From the NCBI GenBank assembly GCA_963666365.2, contig CAXXNF010000001.1, positions 928,001 through 992,000 on the forward strand: 64,000 nt of DNA. The letters are read 5' to 3'. A program made the position numbers and the translations under genes. The notes under the pieces were generated by a model, which saw only the letters and a list, made by a program, of their open reading frames with translations, did not search any database and was not told where the DNA came from. Below, in pieces: positions 19,783-29,794 of this stretch. How positions within the stretch are numbered: the first letter of the stretch is position 1; each line of letters begins with the position of its first letter. The DNA is from Syntrophales bacterium (GTDB taxonomy: Bacteria; Desulfobacterota; Syntrophia; Syntrophales; UBA2210).

Positions 19783-20724
19783 GTGTATCACCGGCAAAAA
19801 AGAATCCTGGTGACGGGGGGCGCGGGTTTTCTGGGATCCCATCTGTGCGAGCGACTTGCCGCCGAAGGACACGACGTCCTCTGTCTCGACAATTTTTTTA
19901 CAGGGGCAAAGGACAATATTGTCCACCTCATCCCTCTTCCGAATATCGAGCTGATCCGCCACGACATCACCCAGCCCATAATGCTCGAGGTAGATGAAAT
20001 CTATAACCTGGCCTGCCCTGCCTCGCCCATCCACTACAAGGTCAATCCGATCAAGACGGTAAAAACAAACGTCATGGGCGCCATCAACATGCTCGGCCTG
20101 GCCAAGCGGGTCAAGTGCAAAATGTTGCAGGCCTCCACCAGCGAGGTCTACGGCGATCCCCTGATACATCCACAGCGGGAAGACTACTGGGGAAATGTCA
20201 ATCCCATCGGCCTCAGGTCCTGTTACGACGAGGGAAAGCGGTGCGCCGAAACACTCTGTTTCGATTATCACCGTCAGAACGGGGTTGCGATCAAGGTGGT
20301 GCGCATTTTCAATACCTACGGCCCGCGAATGCACCCCCATGACGGCCGCGTAGTCAGCAATTTCATAATGCAGGCCCTGCAGGGAAAAGATCTGACAATT
20401 TACGGCGATGGAAGCCAAACCCGCTCGTTCTGTTATGTCGACGATTTAATACACGGGTTGATTGCAATGATGAATGGACCGGACGATTTCGTAGGCCCCG
20501 TCAATCTGGGCAATCCCGGTGAATTTACCATGCGGGAGCTGGCAGAGCGTATCATAGATCTGACGGAAAGCACCTCTCGCATCATCTTTGAGGCGGCATC
20601 CCCCGACGACCCGGCACGCCGCAGGCCGGACATCGAGCTTGCCGCACAAATCCTGGGCTGGCAGCCTTCCATTGACCTGGATGAGGGATTGAAACGGACA
20701 ATCGCCTACTTCAGATCGCTGTAG
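19783..20724 (+). CDS. uxs: UDP-glucuronate decarboxylase (UDP-xylose synthase)
   Basis: [52 protein letters not shown]. Confidence 0.93.
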   Translation: MYHRQKRILVTGGAGFLGSHLCERLAAEGHDVLCLDNFFTGAKDNIVHLIPLPNIELIRHDITQPIMLEVDEIYNLACPASPIHYKVNPIKTVKTNVMGAINMLGLAKRVKCKMLQASTSEVYGDPLIHPQREDYWGNVNPIGLRSCYDEGKRCAETLCFDYHRQNGVAIKVVRIFNTYGPRMHPHDGRVVSNFIMQALQGKDLTIYGDGSQTRSFCYVDDLIHGLIAMMNGPDDFVGPVNLGNPGEFTMRELAERIIDLTESTSRIIFEAASPDDPARRRPDIELAAQILGWQPSIDLDEGLKRTIAYFRSL

Positions 20725-20796
20725 GCCGCCCTCCCATCCTGCAGGACAGGCGCCGACTCTGATCAGGCGCTTATAGCTGCAGGCAGGACCCATATC

Positions 20797-21951
20797 ATGT
20801 TCCTGACGTCTTTTTTTCGATTCAGTTCCGGCTTCCGGCGACTTTTTATTGCCTTTTGTGTCGCAGCGGCATGCACCATTCCCGGAAAGATACCCCCCTC
20901 ATGGGCGACCGATTCGTCATCATGGGCCCTCACGGCCCGTCCCTGGCCCGAGGCCTCCGCGCTGTTCCGCAGCGACCCGCATTGGCTCGGCGGCGACGGC
21001 GCCTCGTCGGTAGCCCTGGGCAGGGAGAGAATCCTATGGTTTTTCGGGGACAGCTTCGTGAATCCCGACACGTCGGGCAGTCGCCGTGACGCGGTGATCG
21101 TTCGCAACAGCCTGGCACTTCAGGAAGGAACAAATCCGGCACAGTCCCGACTTTCATTCTTTTGGAACAGTCAGTCGGAACCACCAGGCTCTTTCTTTAA
21201 AGAACAGGGATCCCGTTGGTTCTGGCCCGGATGCGGAATCCGGATCGGGGACCGGCTCCTGCTGTTTCTCATGGAAGTGGAAAAAAGCGAGAACGCCCTC
21301 GGATTCGATCTTGCCGGCTGGAGAGCGGCACTCATCACAAACCCGGATAAACAACCGGGGTGCTGGCAGCTCCGTTGGCTTGCGGCGCCTTCCGTGTATT
21401 CCGATATGATCATAGGATCGGGAAGCGCTCTCGTGGAAGGATTGTTCCTCTATACCTTCGGAGTCGATCGTCGCACCCACAAGGTGTATCTCCTGAGATG
21501 GCCCCTCTCGGCTATACGACAGGGCGACCTTTCGGCGCCCCAGTGGCGCATAAAGGACACATGGCGGAAACAGCATCCCGCGGATCCTCTGCCCACGGCG
21601 ATTTTCCGCACCGGCGCCATGGAATTCACCGTTCATTACGACCGGAAAATCCGGCAGTACCTGGAGATGGAAACAGGCGCTCTCGGCGAATCAAGGCTCT
21701 TCGTCCGCAGCGCCCCGACCCTTGCCGGGCCCTGGTCTGAACGCCGTCCTTTCTACCGTCCCTCCGAAACCAGGGATGCCGGACTCATGATATACGCCGG
21801 AAAGGCTCATCCCGAACTTTCAGGGGCGCGCCTCGTGCTCACCTACGTGGCGAATGCCATGGATTACTCACGCCTGCTGACGGACCGGGACATTTACTAT
21901 CCCGTAGTGCTGAGGGGAGAGATCGCCAGACCGGCCGATACCCTCAACTAA
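20797..21951 (+). CDS. Exported DUF4185/DUF5005-like beta-propeller protein
   Basis: Signal-like N-terminus, WLGGDGA.S..L...RILWFFGDSF, RNS, A....GPWS, YAGKAHP. Confidence 0.65.
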   Translation: MFLTSFFRFSSGFRRLFIAFCVAAACTIPGKIPPSWATDSSSWALTARPWPEASALFRSDPHWLGGDGASSVALGRERILWFFGDSFVNPDTSGSRRDAVIVRNSLALQEGTNPAQSRLSFFWNSQSEPPGSFFKEQGSRWFWPGCGIRIGDRLLLFLMEVEKSENALGFDLAGWRAALITNPDKQPGCWQLRWLAAPSVYSDMIIGSGSALVEGLFLYTFGVDRRTHKVYLLRWPLSAIRQGDLSAPQWRIKDTWRKQHPADPLPTAIFRTGAMEFTVHYDRKIRQYLEMETGALGESRLFVRSAPTLAGPWSERRPFYRPSETRDAGLMIYAGKAHPELSGARLVLTYVANAMDYSRLLTDRDIYYPVVLRGEIARPADTLN

Positions 21952-21985
21952 TTCACGTTCGTTGGCGATGCATTCCCCATTTAAG

Positions 21986-22061
21986 ACAACGGCGAATACG
22001 CACGAATGAACGCTAATTTTAAAATGGGTATTCCTGTCTATTGGCGTTCATCCGCGGTTGT
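21986..22061. repeat. Imperfect palindromic element built from 10-nt units
   Basis: Left arm acaacggcgaat-acgcacgaat-gaacgctaat; right arm attggcgttc-atccgcggttgt; lies between convergent genes. Confidence 0.6.
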
Positions 22062-22072
22062 TTCTCAAAGGT

Positions 22073-22984
22073 TTAACGCGCCAGCCACATTCTCAGACTG
22101 CGGGTTACCAGATCGGCCGCATCCTGCTGCACAAAATGGCCCGAATCGGGAATGGTGACCAGCGTCATGTCCTTCTCCACATACTCCCATGTGCCGTTCA
22201 GGGCGGCGGGGAGAATCGCCGTGTCCTTCAGACCGAAAATTACAAGAAGCGGTGCCGTGATTTTGGGCAGCCTTTGGGCCAGCTTCTCCGGAAATTCATC
22301 CTTAGCGGGATAATTCCGCTTGTAATAATTAAGCATCGCTTTTACATCGGACCGATTGAATGCCTCGATGTAGGCCTTCCGGGCTTCGGGATCGGACACC
22401 CACAGGGAAAGCACTTCGGCGTCACTCTTGCCTGCAAGCGATCCCGGATCTACGGCGTATTCCACCAGAAGATTGTTGTCGGTAAATATTTTTGCAATAT
22501 TCAGATGGGCATCTGCTCTCTGGAAATCTCTCGCATACTGGCTGTGACGCCGCTGGACGGGATTATTCGAGATCTCCCGGGCAAGACAGAGCGGGTGGGC
22601 CACATTCATGATCACCAGCCGGTCCACCAGGTCGGGCCTCATCATCCCGAAAGCCCAGCTGATGGCGCCCCCCCAGTCATGTCCCACGATAATCGCTTTT
22701 TTCTCGCCGAAATGGGCGATTACAGCGGCGATATCCCCCACGAGCAGATGCATGGCATAACTGTCAACGTCGTCCGGTTTATCGCTCAGATTATACCCCC
22801 GCGTATCGAGAGCCACACAGTGATACTCAGCCGACAGCACCTCCATCTGATGCCGCCATGTATACCAGTAGTCGGGAAATCCATGCACCATCACCATAAG
22901 CGGTCCTTCCCCCAGACTCGCATAATGGATCTTCACCCCTTCGTTTTCCACATAGCCATGACGAACACGTTCTTCAAAACTCAT
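22073..22984 (-). CDS. Alpha/beta hydrolase (epoxide hydrolase-like)
   Basis: HGFPD, RGYNLSD, GHDWGG (Asp nucleophile), GHFVQ. ATG 22984 after GGAGG. Confidence 0.9.
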   Translation of the reverse strand: MSFEERVRHGYVENEGVKIHYASLGEGPLMVMVHGFPDYWYTWRHQMEVLSAEYHCVALDTRGYNLSDKPDDVDSYAMHLLVGDIAAVIAHFGEKKAIIVGHDWGGAISWAFGMMRPDLVDRLVIMNVAHPLCLAREISNNPVQRRHSQYARDFQRADAHLNIAKIFTDNNLLVEYAVDPGSLAGKSDAEVLSLWVSDPEARKAYIEAFNRSDVKAMLNYYKRNYPAKDEFPEKLAQRLPKITAPLLVIFGLKDTAILPAALNGTWEYVEKDMTLVTIPDSGHFVQQDAADLVTRSLRMWLAR

Positions 22985-23410
22985 CTTCAACCTCCTATCA
23001 TGATGATCTGCGTAAATTTGCGCCCTCTCCCTAAGGCCTGTCTCCATCCCGCACTTTCATTCTTCCACATTAATTTGACATAACGCAAAGAGTCCTCCGC
23101 CGCAATAAAAATAACCTTCCATAACCGACCTTCTTGTACAGCCGCTGATCGGCGTCATGAAAATCCTCTTTTTCATTTTTGAATCTCATCGTTTATCGCA
23201 GGGATTTTAAGCAATTTGCTGAACAAAGATCCTGAAAATACAAGCGAAAAACCAGTGCTTCCCCGATGGCATATCCACAGATGACAGGCTAGTGTCATTA
23301 CACACTCACGAAGGAACAGCGGCAAAGAGGCTTGTCAGAGGGGTACAACGGCGCGTTCGGTGAATGTCGTCAATCGGAAACACGGAAAGGCTTGCTACAG
23401 GAGGTGCACT

Positions 23411-24874
23411 ATGAAATTCAAGGAACTGGACAGACTCTTCAACCCCCGCAGCGTCGCATTGATAGGCGCATCGGCAACTCCGGGGAAATGGGGGTACCAT
23501 GTGCTTTTTAATATTCTCAAAGCGGACTTCTCGGGACAGGTACATGCAGTGAACCCGAAAGGCGGCTCGGTCCTGGGAATGGAGTGCCGTCGCTCTTTAA
23601 GTGAAGTTCCCGGCGCCGTGGATCTGGCCGTCATCACCACACCGGCTCCCACCGTTCTGAACCTCATCGAAGAATGCGGGCGCAAGGGGGTGAAGCATGC
23701 AGTGGTCATCACCTCCGATTTCAGTGAAACGGGCGCCGAGGGCGCGCGAATGGAGCGGGAGTTGGTGGCAAAGGCCCGGAAATATGGAATGCGGCTCGTC
23801 GGTCCCAATACAATGGGGATATACAGTGCCAAATCCAACCTTCATGCACTTCTGCCGCCGGTAATGCCGCGTCATGGAGGTCTTTCCATGTTTTCCCAGA
23901 GTGGAAACGTAGGAGTTCAGATGCTGTACTGGGGCAACAACAAGGGGGTGGGGTTTGAAAAATTCGTAAGCAGCGGCAATGAAGGAGATCTGAAATGTGA
24001 AGATTATCTCAGATATTTTGCTGACGACGAGGCCACCAGAGTCATCATCGCCTATATGGAAGGACTCGATCCCGACTCCGCCCTCTATCCGGTAGCGCAT
24101 GCCGTCTCGCATAAAAAACCCATACTCATATTCAAGGGGGGACGAACCGACACGGGAGGAAAAGCGGCCGCATCGCACAGCGGCGCCATGGCCTGTTCGT
24201 CGAAGGTTCTGCGTGCGGCCTTTCATCAGGCGGGCATCATCGAGGTTGAGGACAGCCAGGAATTGATGGACTGTGCCTCCCTGCTCGCCGTCTACCCGAT
24301 TCCACAGGGGAAACGGGTAGGGATACTCACCCGAGGGGGCGGATGGGGCGTCATCACCGCCGATGCCTGCGAAGAACAGGGATTGGTAGTGCCCAAACTG
24401 CCCGATAGGATCATAGACAGATTAAACAAGATCCTACCCCAGTTCTGGAGTCACGGCAATCCAGTGGATATGGCGGCGACACTGGGGGCGCAGCCCTATC
24501 TGGATTGCATGGAGACTCTCGCACATTGGGATGGCGTCGATTCGATCATCGCCCTGGGGGGATCCCTCGCAGAAGCCTTTGATGTAGCGCCGAAGGGCAA
24601 CGGCTCGAAAGAAATAAAAGACGCCGAGCGCCTGATGGAACTGCTCAAGGGAGAAATAGAAAAAGAGTCTGAACTGGTCGTGCGCCACATGCGACAGCTT
24701 GTCGCAGACACGGGAAAACCGATCATCTCGGTGAGCATTACGGGAGCTGAAATGGACGGATCCGACCCGGATCAGTCGGGCATTGTCGCATATCCCACAC
24801 CGGAACGGGCAGTGCGCGTTCTGAAACACATGATTAATTATCATGACTATTTGAAGCTGCGCAAAGCGGCATAG
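23411..24874 (+). CDS. ADP-forming acyl-CoA ligase, alpha (CoA-binding) subunit
   Basis: LFNPRSVALIGAS, VNPK, GPNTMG, SQSG, SGNEGD, AASHSGA (phospho-His), NPVD. No ATP-grasp domain. Confidence 0.88.
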   Translation: MKFKELDRLFNPRSVALIGASATPGKWGYHVLFNILKADFSGQVHAVNPKGGSVLGMECRRSLSEVPGAVDLAVITTPAPTVLNLIEECGRKGVKHAVVITSDFSETGAEGARMERELVAKARKYGMRLVGPNTMGIYSAKSNLHALLPPVMPRHGGLSMFSQSGNVGVQMLYWGNNKGVGFEKFVSSGNEGDLKCEDYLRYFADDEATRVIIAYMEGLDPDSALYPVAHAVSHKKPILIFKGGRTDTGGKAAASHSGAMACSSKVLRAAFHQAGIIEVEDSQELMDCASLLAVYPIPQGKRVGILTRGGGWGVITADACEEQGLVVPKLPDRIIDRLNKILPQFWSHGNPVDMAATLGAQPYLDCMETLAHWDGVDSIIALGGSLAEAFDVAPKGNGSKEIKDAERLMELLKGEIEKESELVVRHMRQLVADTGKPIISVSITGAEMDGSDPDQSGIVAYPTPERAVRVLKHMINYHDYLKLRKAA

Positions 24875-24982
24875 GAAGGTCGACTTAGTCGAGGTTTTTA
24901 CGACGGCGGCAATTTTGTTCTTGATAATCTATGCGTCATAGTGAAGAATAACGTAAAATTTTTCACGAGGAGGAACCCACAT

Positions 24983-25441
24983 ATGTTTAAGAAAATTCTC
25001 TACCCTACCGACTTCTCCGAAATTGCATCCAAAACAATCGAAGTGATTGGACAGTTGAAAGGCGCGGGAGCAGAGGAAGTGGTAGTCGTCCATATCATCG
25101 ACCGACGCACCCTTGACGCCCTGCTCAAACTCGAAACCGAAACAGCCATTCGAACCAGCTCAAATACGTTCAAAGAGTTGAAAGAAAAACGGATTGAACA
25201 GGTCGAGAGCAAGATGGAGACACTGAAAAAAGAACTGGAATCCAAGGGATTCAAAGTGAAAACACGCGTCGAAATAGACATCCCCTTCCTTGGAATACTC
25301 AAGGCGGAAAAGGAAGAGGACGTTTCGGCCATCGTGATAGGTTCCCACGGTTTAAGCAACATCGAAGAGATGTTTCTCGGGTCCGTCTCGGAAAAGGTTA
25401 TTCGAAAGGCCAAAAAACCGGTTATCGTTGTTAAAAGGTAA
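24983..25441 (+). CDS. Universal stress protein
   Basis: MFKKILYPTDFS, IVIGSHG, FLGSVSEKVIR...PV.VVK. Confidence 0.93.
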   Translation: MFKKILYPTDFSEIASKTIEVIGQLKGAGAEEVVVVHIIDRRTLDALLKLETETAIRTSSNTFKELKEKRIEQVESKMETLKKELESKGFKVKTRVEIDIPFLGILKAEKEEDVSAIVIGSHGLSNIEEMFLGSVSEKVIRKAKKPVIVVKR

Positions 25442-25468
25442 TGACTGATTGTATCTATATTTTTTTCC

Positions 25469-25530
25469 TCCCGCAGGGACGCAGAGAAATAGAAAATGTT
25501 TTTTTTCTGCCTCTTGGTGTCTCTGCGGGA
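25469..25530. repeat. Palindromic CGCAGAG-type element (9-nt units), possibly also a terminator
   Basis: tcccgcagggacgcagag...ctcttggtgtctctgcggga, flanked by T and A runs. Confidence 0.6.
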
Positions 25531-25567
25531 AAAAAATGAATCAGTTGGCTTAGACGTCCGTTCAGCT

Positions 25568-25650
25568 TGTCATTTCGAGCGAATGCGAGAAATCCATGTC
25601 CCGAGCAAAGCGAGGTATCTTTAAGGTTTCTCCCTATGGTCGAAATGACA
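25568..25650. repeat. REP/MITE-like palindromic element with 11-bp terminal inverted repeat
   Basis: TGTCATTTCGA...TCGAAATGACA, with an internal duplicated cgagc(g/a)aa(t)gcgag(a/g)(a/t)atc unit. Confidence 0.75.
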
Positions 25651-25677
25651 CCAACTTAGTTTTTTATTTTTTACTTT

Positions 25678-27540
25678 TCAAACCTGTCCGCTTTTTCCAC
25701 TTTTTTGCCGCGTACTGAAATACTCCCGAATCTTCGCCGCAAGGGCCGGACCGATTCCGTCAACGGCGGCGAGGTCTTCCAGCGATGCCTTCTTCACATC
25801 CTCGATATTTTTAAAATGGGAGAGAAGCGCTCTTTTTTTCGCCTCGCCGATGCCGGCGATGCCGTCGAGGTCGGACCGGAAGTCATCGCGCCGCTTGAGG
25901 CGGCGATGATAGGTGATGGCGAAGCGGTGGGCCTCGTCTCTGATTTGTTGAAGGAGACGGAGGATGGAAGGCGCTGAAGAAAGATAGAGAGGGTTTTTTC
26001 TTCCGGGGAGATACACCCGGTCTTCATCCTTGCGGACGACCGACCGCTGTTTCCCCGGCGTGACCCGCGCCTCTTTTGCCAGTCCCACCGCATCGACGCC
26101 GTCGATGCCCAGCTCGGTAAGGACGGCCAGAGCCACACCGAGCTGTCCCCTGCCGCCGTCCACTACTATCAGATCGGGCATATCTTCTTTTTCGGCGTAG
26201 CGCCGCGAGAGCATCTCGTACATCATGCCGTAGTCGCCGGCCTCGGGTCCTGCATGGATTTTAAACCGGCGGTAGGAGGACGTATCGGCTTTCCCTTCGC
26301 GAAAGACCACCATGGACCCTACGGCGTGGCGGCCTTGCAGCCCCGATATATCAAAACACTCGATCCGGCGGGGAAGCTTTTTTAAATGAAGCACGGCGGC
26401 GCACTCCGCCAAAATTTTCTCTGAATCTTCGGCGGCGCTGCGCTCCGACTGCAGTACCGCTTTGGCGTTCTCCGTCGCCATCGCAAGAAGATCCCGACCG
26501 GCGCCCCGTTTCGGCACGAGCACCGACACCCTTTTTCCCCTTGCGTCCGTAAGCCATTCTTCCACCACCGCCCTGTCATCGAGAGGCTCGGGAACAAGAA
26601 TTTCCCGGGGTATCACGCCCCCCCTGTCGTAATACTGTTTCAGCAGGGCTGAGAGTACTTCTCCCATGGGCGCCGCCGCCCTGGTAAGCGAAAAACTGCG
26701 CCGACCCGTGATCGATCCTTTCCTGACATGGATTGCACAGACCTGGATATGATCATTGTCACGCCAAAGTCCGAACACATCCTGATCCTTGCCGGAGGCG
26801 GACACTACCCGCTGTTTCTCGATGGTTGCCTCAATGGCGGCAATACGGTCGCGAAGTGTGGCCGCTTCTTCGAAATCGAGGCTTTCGGACGCCGCTTCCA
26901 TCTGCCTTTGCAGCATCGAAAGGACTGCACGTTCCCGTCCCTCCAGAAAGAGCACCGCTTCTGAAAGAAGTGCTTCATAGGCATCTTCTCCTATCAGTCC
27001 GGCACAGGGGGCAAGGCATCGTTTTATCTCATATTCGATGCAGGGACGACGGCGGCTTTTGAATTCCAGGTCCCGGCAGGTACGCAGGGGAAAGAGCTTA
27101 TGAAGAAAGCGGAGCGTTTTTTTTACGGCGGTGCTCGACGAGTAGGGCCCGAAATACCTCGCGCCGTCACGTTTGATTTTCCGCACCAGCTCAAAGCGGG
27201 GAAATTCTTTTCTTGTATCGAGGCGAATGGAAAAGTACGCCTTGTCATCCCGCAGCATGACGTTGTAACGGGGCTTCAGTTTCTTGATCAGTGTGTTTTC
27301 GAGGATGAGGGCTTCTTTTTCCGTCCCCGTGACGACCCATTCGAAATCCTTTATTTTCGGAACCATGAAAGGGATCATGGGGCGGCCGTCGGAAACACCG
27401 AAGTAGGATCGAACACGGTTTTTCAGATGTTTCGCCTTGCCCACATAGATCACGGCGCCTTTGGCATCCTTCATTAAGTAGACGCCGGGGCTTCCCGGCG
27501 TCCGGGTCAACTTTTCCTGCAGTTCCTTTACGTCGGTCAT
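25678..27540 (-). CDS. uvrC: Excinuclease ABC subunit C
   Basis: PGVYLM..IYVGKAK.LKNRV.SYF (GIY-YIG), RIECFDIS, DGGRGQ, RDEAHRFA, HhH tail. Confidence 0.97.
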   Translation of the reverse strand: MTDVKELQEKLTRTPGSPGVYLMKDAKGAVIYVGKAKHLKNRVRSYFGVSDGRPMIPFMVPKIKDFEWVVTGTEKEALILENTLIKKLKPRYNVMLRDDKAYFSIRLDTRKEFPRFELVRKIKRDGARYFGPYSSSTAVKKTLRFLHKLFPLRTCRDLEFKSRRRPCIEYEIKRCLAPCAGLIGEDAYEALLSEAVLFLEGRERAVLSMLQRQMEAASESLDFEEAATLRDRIAAIEATIEKQRVVSASGKDQDVFGLWRDNDHIQVCAIHVRKGSITGRRSFSLTRAAAPMGEVLSALLKQYYDRGGVIPREILVPEPLDDRAVVEEWLTDARGKRVSVLVPKRGAGRDLLAMATENAKAVLQSERSAAEDSEKILAECAAVLHLKKLPRRIECFDISGLQGRHAVGSMVVFREGKADTSSYRRFKIHAGPEAGDYGMMYEMLSRRYAEKEDMPDLIVVDGGRGQLGVALAVLTELGIDGVDAVGLAKEARVTPGKQRSVVRKDEDRVYLPGRKNPLYLSSAPSILRLLQQIRDEAHRFAITYHRRLKRRDDFRSDLDGIAGIGEAKKRALLSHFKNIEDVKKASLEDLAAVDGIGPALAAKIREYFSTRQKSGKSGQV

Positions 27541-27557
27541 CGGCCACCGCAATTCGG

Positions 27558-29579
27558 CTACCAGTAGGTCAGTTCCGCCTCCAGGCGCTTCAGTTCCCGG
27601 ATCTTGTCCCGCAATTCTCCGGCGAGTTCGAATTCGAGCCTCTCGGCGGCCGCCTTCATCTGCTTCGTCATTTCTTCAACCTCGGCGCGCACTTCTTCAG
27701 GCGACAGCGGCCCTGCATCCCCCACGGCGGCGGGAATAGTCACATAATCGGCCTCGTAAATGGAGGCCAGGATATCGTTAATGGATTTTTTGATGGTTTC
27801 CGGTGTGATTCCGTGCCGTTCGTTGTAGTCCTTCTGGATTTCTCTTCTCCGTTTCGTTTCCGAAAGGCAGGCCCGAATCGATTCCGTCACGATATCGGCA
27901 TACATAATCACCCGGCCGTTCACGTTCCTGGCGGCGCGTCCGCTTGTCTGCATGAGGGAACGCTCGGAGCGGAGAAATCCTTCCTTGTCAGCATCGAGGA
28001 TAGCCACCAGCGCCACCTCGGGAATATCGAGCCCTTCCCGCAACAGATTGACCCCCACAAGCACATCGTACCGGCCGATTCGCAGATCTCTGATAATGGC
28101 AACCCGTTCCAGTGTTTTTACGTCGGAATGCAGGTAGGTCACGCGAAGCCCCAGACCGTGATAATATTCCGTCAGATTTTCCGCCATTCTCTTGGTGAGC
28201 GTGGTCACGAGTATTCGCTCTTTCTGTTCGACACACCGGCCGATCTCTCCCAGAAGGTCCTCGACCTGGTGGGTGACAGGCTTCACGATAATCTCCGGAT
28301 CCATGAGACCGGTGGGCCGTATGATCTGCTCCACCACCCTCCCCTCCGAGTGCGTCAGTTCGTATTCCGCCGGCGTGGCCGAGACATAGATCCTCTGCTG
28401 GGGAAACTTTTCGAACTCTTCAAACATGAGCGGCCGGTTGTCCAGTGCCGAGGGAAGCCGGAACCCATACTCCACCAGGGTCTCTTTTCGCGACCGGTCA
28501 CCCCGAAACATACCGCGAAGCTGGGGCGCCGTGACATGGCTTTCGTCAATGACGACCAGTGCGTCATCGGGCAGATATTCCATGAGCGTAGGCGGGGGCT
28601 CGCCGGGCCTGCGGCCGGTCAGATGGCGTGAATAATTTTCGATTCCCTGGCAGTAGCCCATCTCCTCCATCATCTCGATATCGAAAAAGGTGCGCTGCTC
28701 AAGCCGCTGCGCCTCGAGCAGTTTACCACGACTCTTGAGATCGGCGAGCCGTTCTTCAAGCTCCACTCTGATCGCCGCGACGGCCCGCGTCATATCGGCG
28801 GCCGACGTGACATAATGGCTGCCCGGATAGATCCGTACGCGATCGAGCCGTTCCAGGATTTTTCCGCGAAGAGGATCGACCAGGGCGATGGCGTCTACTG
28901 TATCGCCGAAAAATTCAACCCGGATCGCCCGGTCCTCTGCATAAGGAGGGATGATCTCCACCACGTCCCCGCGGACGCGAAAGGTCCCCCGGTGAAAGTC
29001 GACATCGTTCCGCTCGTATTGAATTTCCACCAGACGCCGCAGCATGGCGTCGCGACCAATTTCCTTGTCTTTTTCCACCAGCAGCTGCATCTCGTTGTAG
29101 CTTTCGCGGGCGCCGATTCCGTAGATGCAGGAAACACTGGCCACGATAATGACGTCCCGTCGCTCCAGAAGCGAACGGGTCGCCGAATGACGGAGCTTGT
29201 CGATTTCATCATTGATCGACGCATCTTTTTCGATATAGGTATCGGTGGTGGGAAGGTAGGCTTCTGGTTGATAATAATCGTAGTAACTGACGAAATATTC
29301 CACGGCGTTTTCGGGAAAAAGGGCGGCAAACTCGCTGTAGAGCTGGGCTGCCAGGGTTTTATTGTGGGCGATGACCAGTGCGGGCCGCTGCGTCCGTTCG
29401 ATGCAGTTGGCGATGGTAAAGGTCTTTCCCGACCCGGTCACCCCGAGCAGCACCTGATGGGGACGACCCTCAACGACTCCCGCCGCCAAATCCTCGATAG
29501 CCCGGGGCTGGTCCCCCCGGGGCTTAAATTCCGTTGCCAGCTTAAAATGTTCCTTCACACACCACTCCTCACCCACCAT
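27558..29579 (-). CDS. uvrB: Excinuclease ABC subunit B
   Basis: [42 protein letters not shown]. Confidence 0.98.
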   Translation of the reverse strand: MVGEEWCVKEHFKLATEFKPRGDQPRAIEDLAAGVVEGRPHQVLLGVTGSGKTFTIANCIERTQRPALVIAHNKTLAAQLYSEFAALFPENAVEYFVSYYDYYQPEAYLPTTDTYIEKDASINDEIDKLRHSATRSLLERRDVIIVASVSCIYGIGARESYNEMQLLVEKDKEIGRDAMLRRLVEIQYERNDVDFHRGTFRVRGDVVEIIPPYAEDRAIRVEFFGDTVDAIALVDPLRGKILERLDRVRIYPGSHYVTSAADMTRAVAAIRVELEERLADLKSRGKLLEAQRLEQRTFFDIEMMEEMGYCQGIENYSRHLTGRRPGEPPPTLMEYLPDDALVVIDESHVTAPQLRGMFRGDRSRKETLVEYGFRLPSALDNRPLMFEEFEKFPQQRIYVSATPAEYELTHSEGRVVEQIIRPTGLMDPEIIVKPVTHQVEDLLGEIGRCVEQKERILVTTLTKRMAENLTEYYHGLGLRVTYLHSDVKTLERVAIIRDLRIGRYDVLVGVNLLREGLDIPEVALVAILDADKEGFLRSERSLMQTSGRAARNVNGRVIMYADIVTESIRACLSETKRRREIQKDYNERHGITPETIKKSINDILASIYEADYVTIPAAVGDAGPLSPEEVRAEVEEMTKQMKAAAERLEFELAGELRDKIRELKRLEAELTYW

Positions 29580-29794
29580 CCTGAAATCAGGACGTTACCA
29601 TGTCCCCCGCTCCCCTGCAACTATCTCTTTGACTCTTAAAGATTTCTTTCATCATGTTATTTTGTTTGAGCAGAAGAAATACCATATTGACAAGATGCTC
29701 CTGCACCCTGTAGAGAATAAGAAACGGGACATAAGGCAGGGTGAAATCGGCATTTCCGTGTTGACACACGATGTGCCTTCCAAGGAAAGAAATC

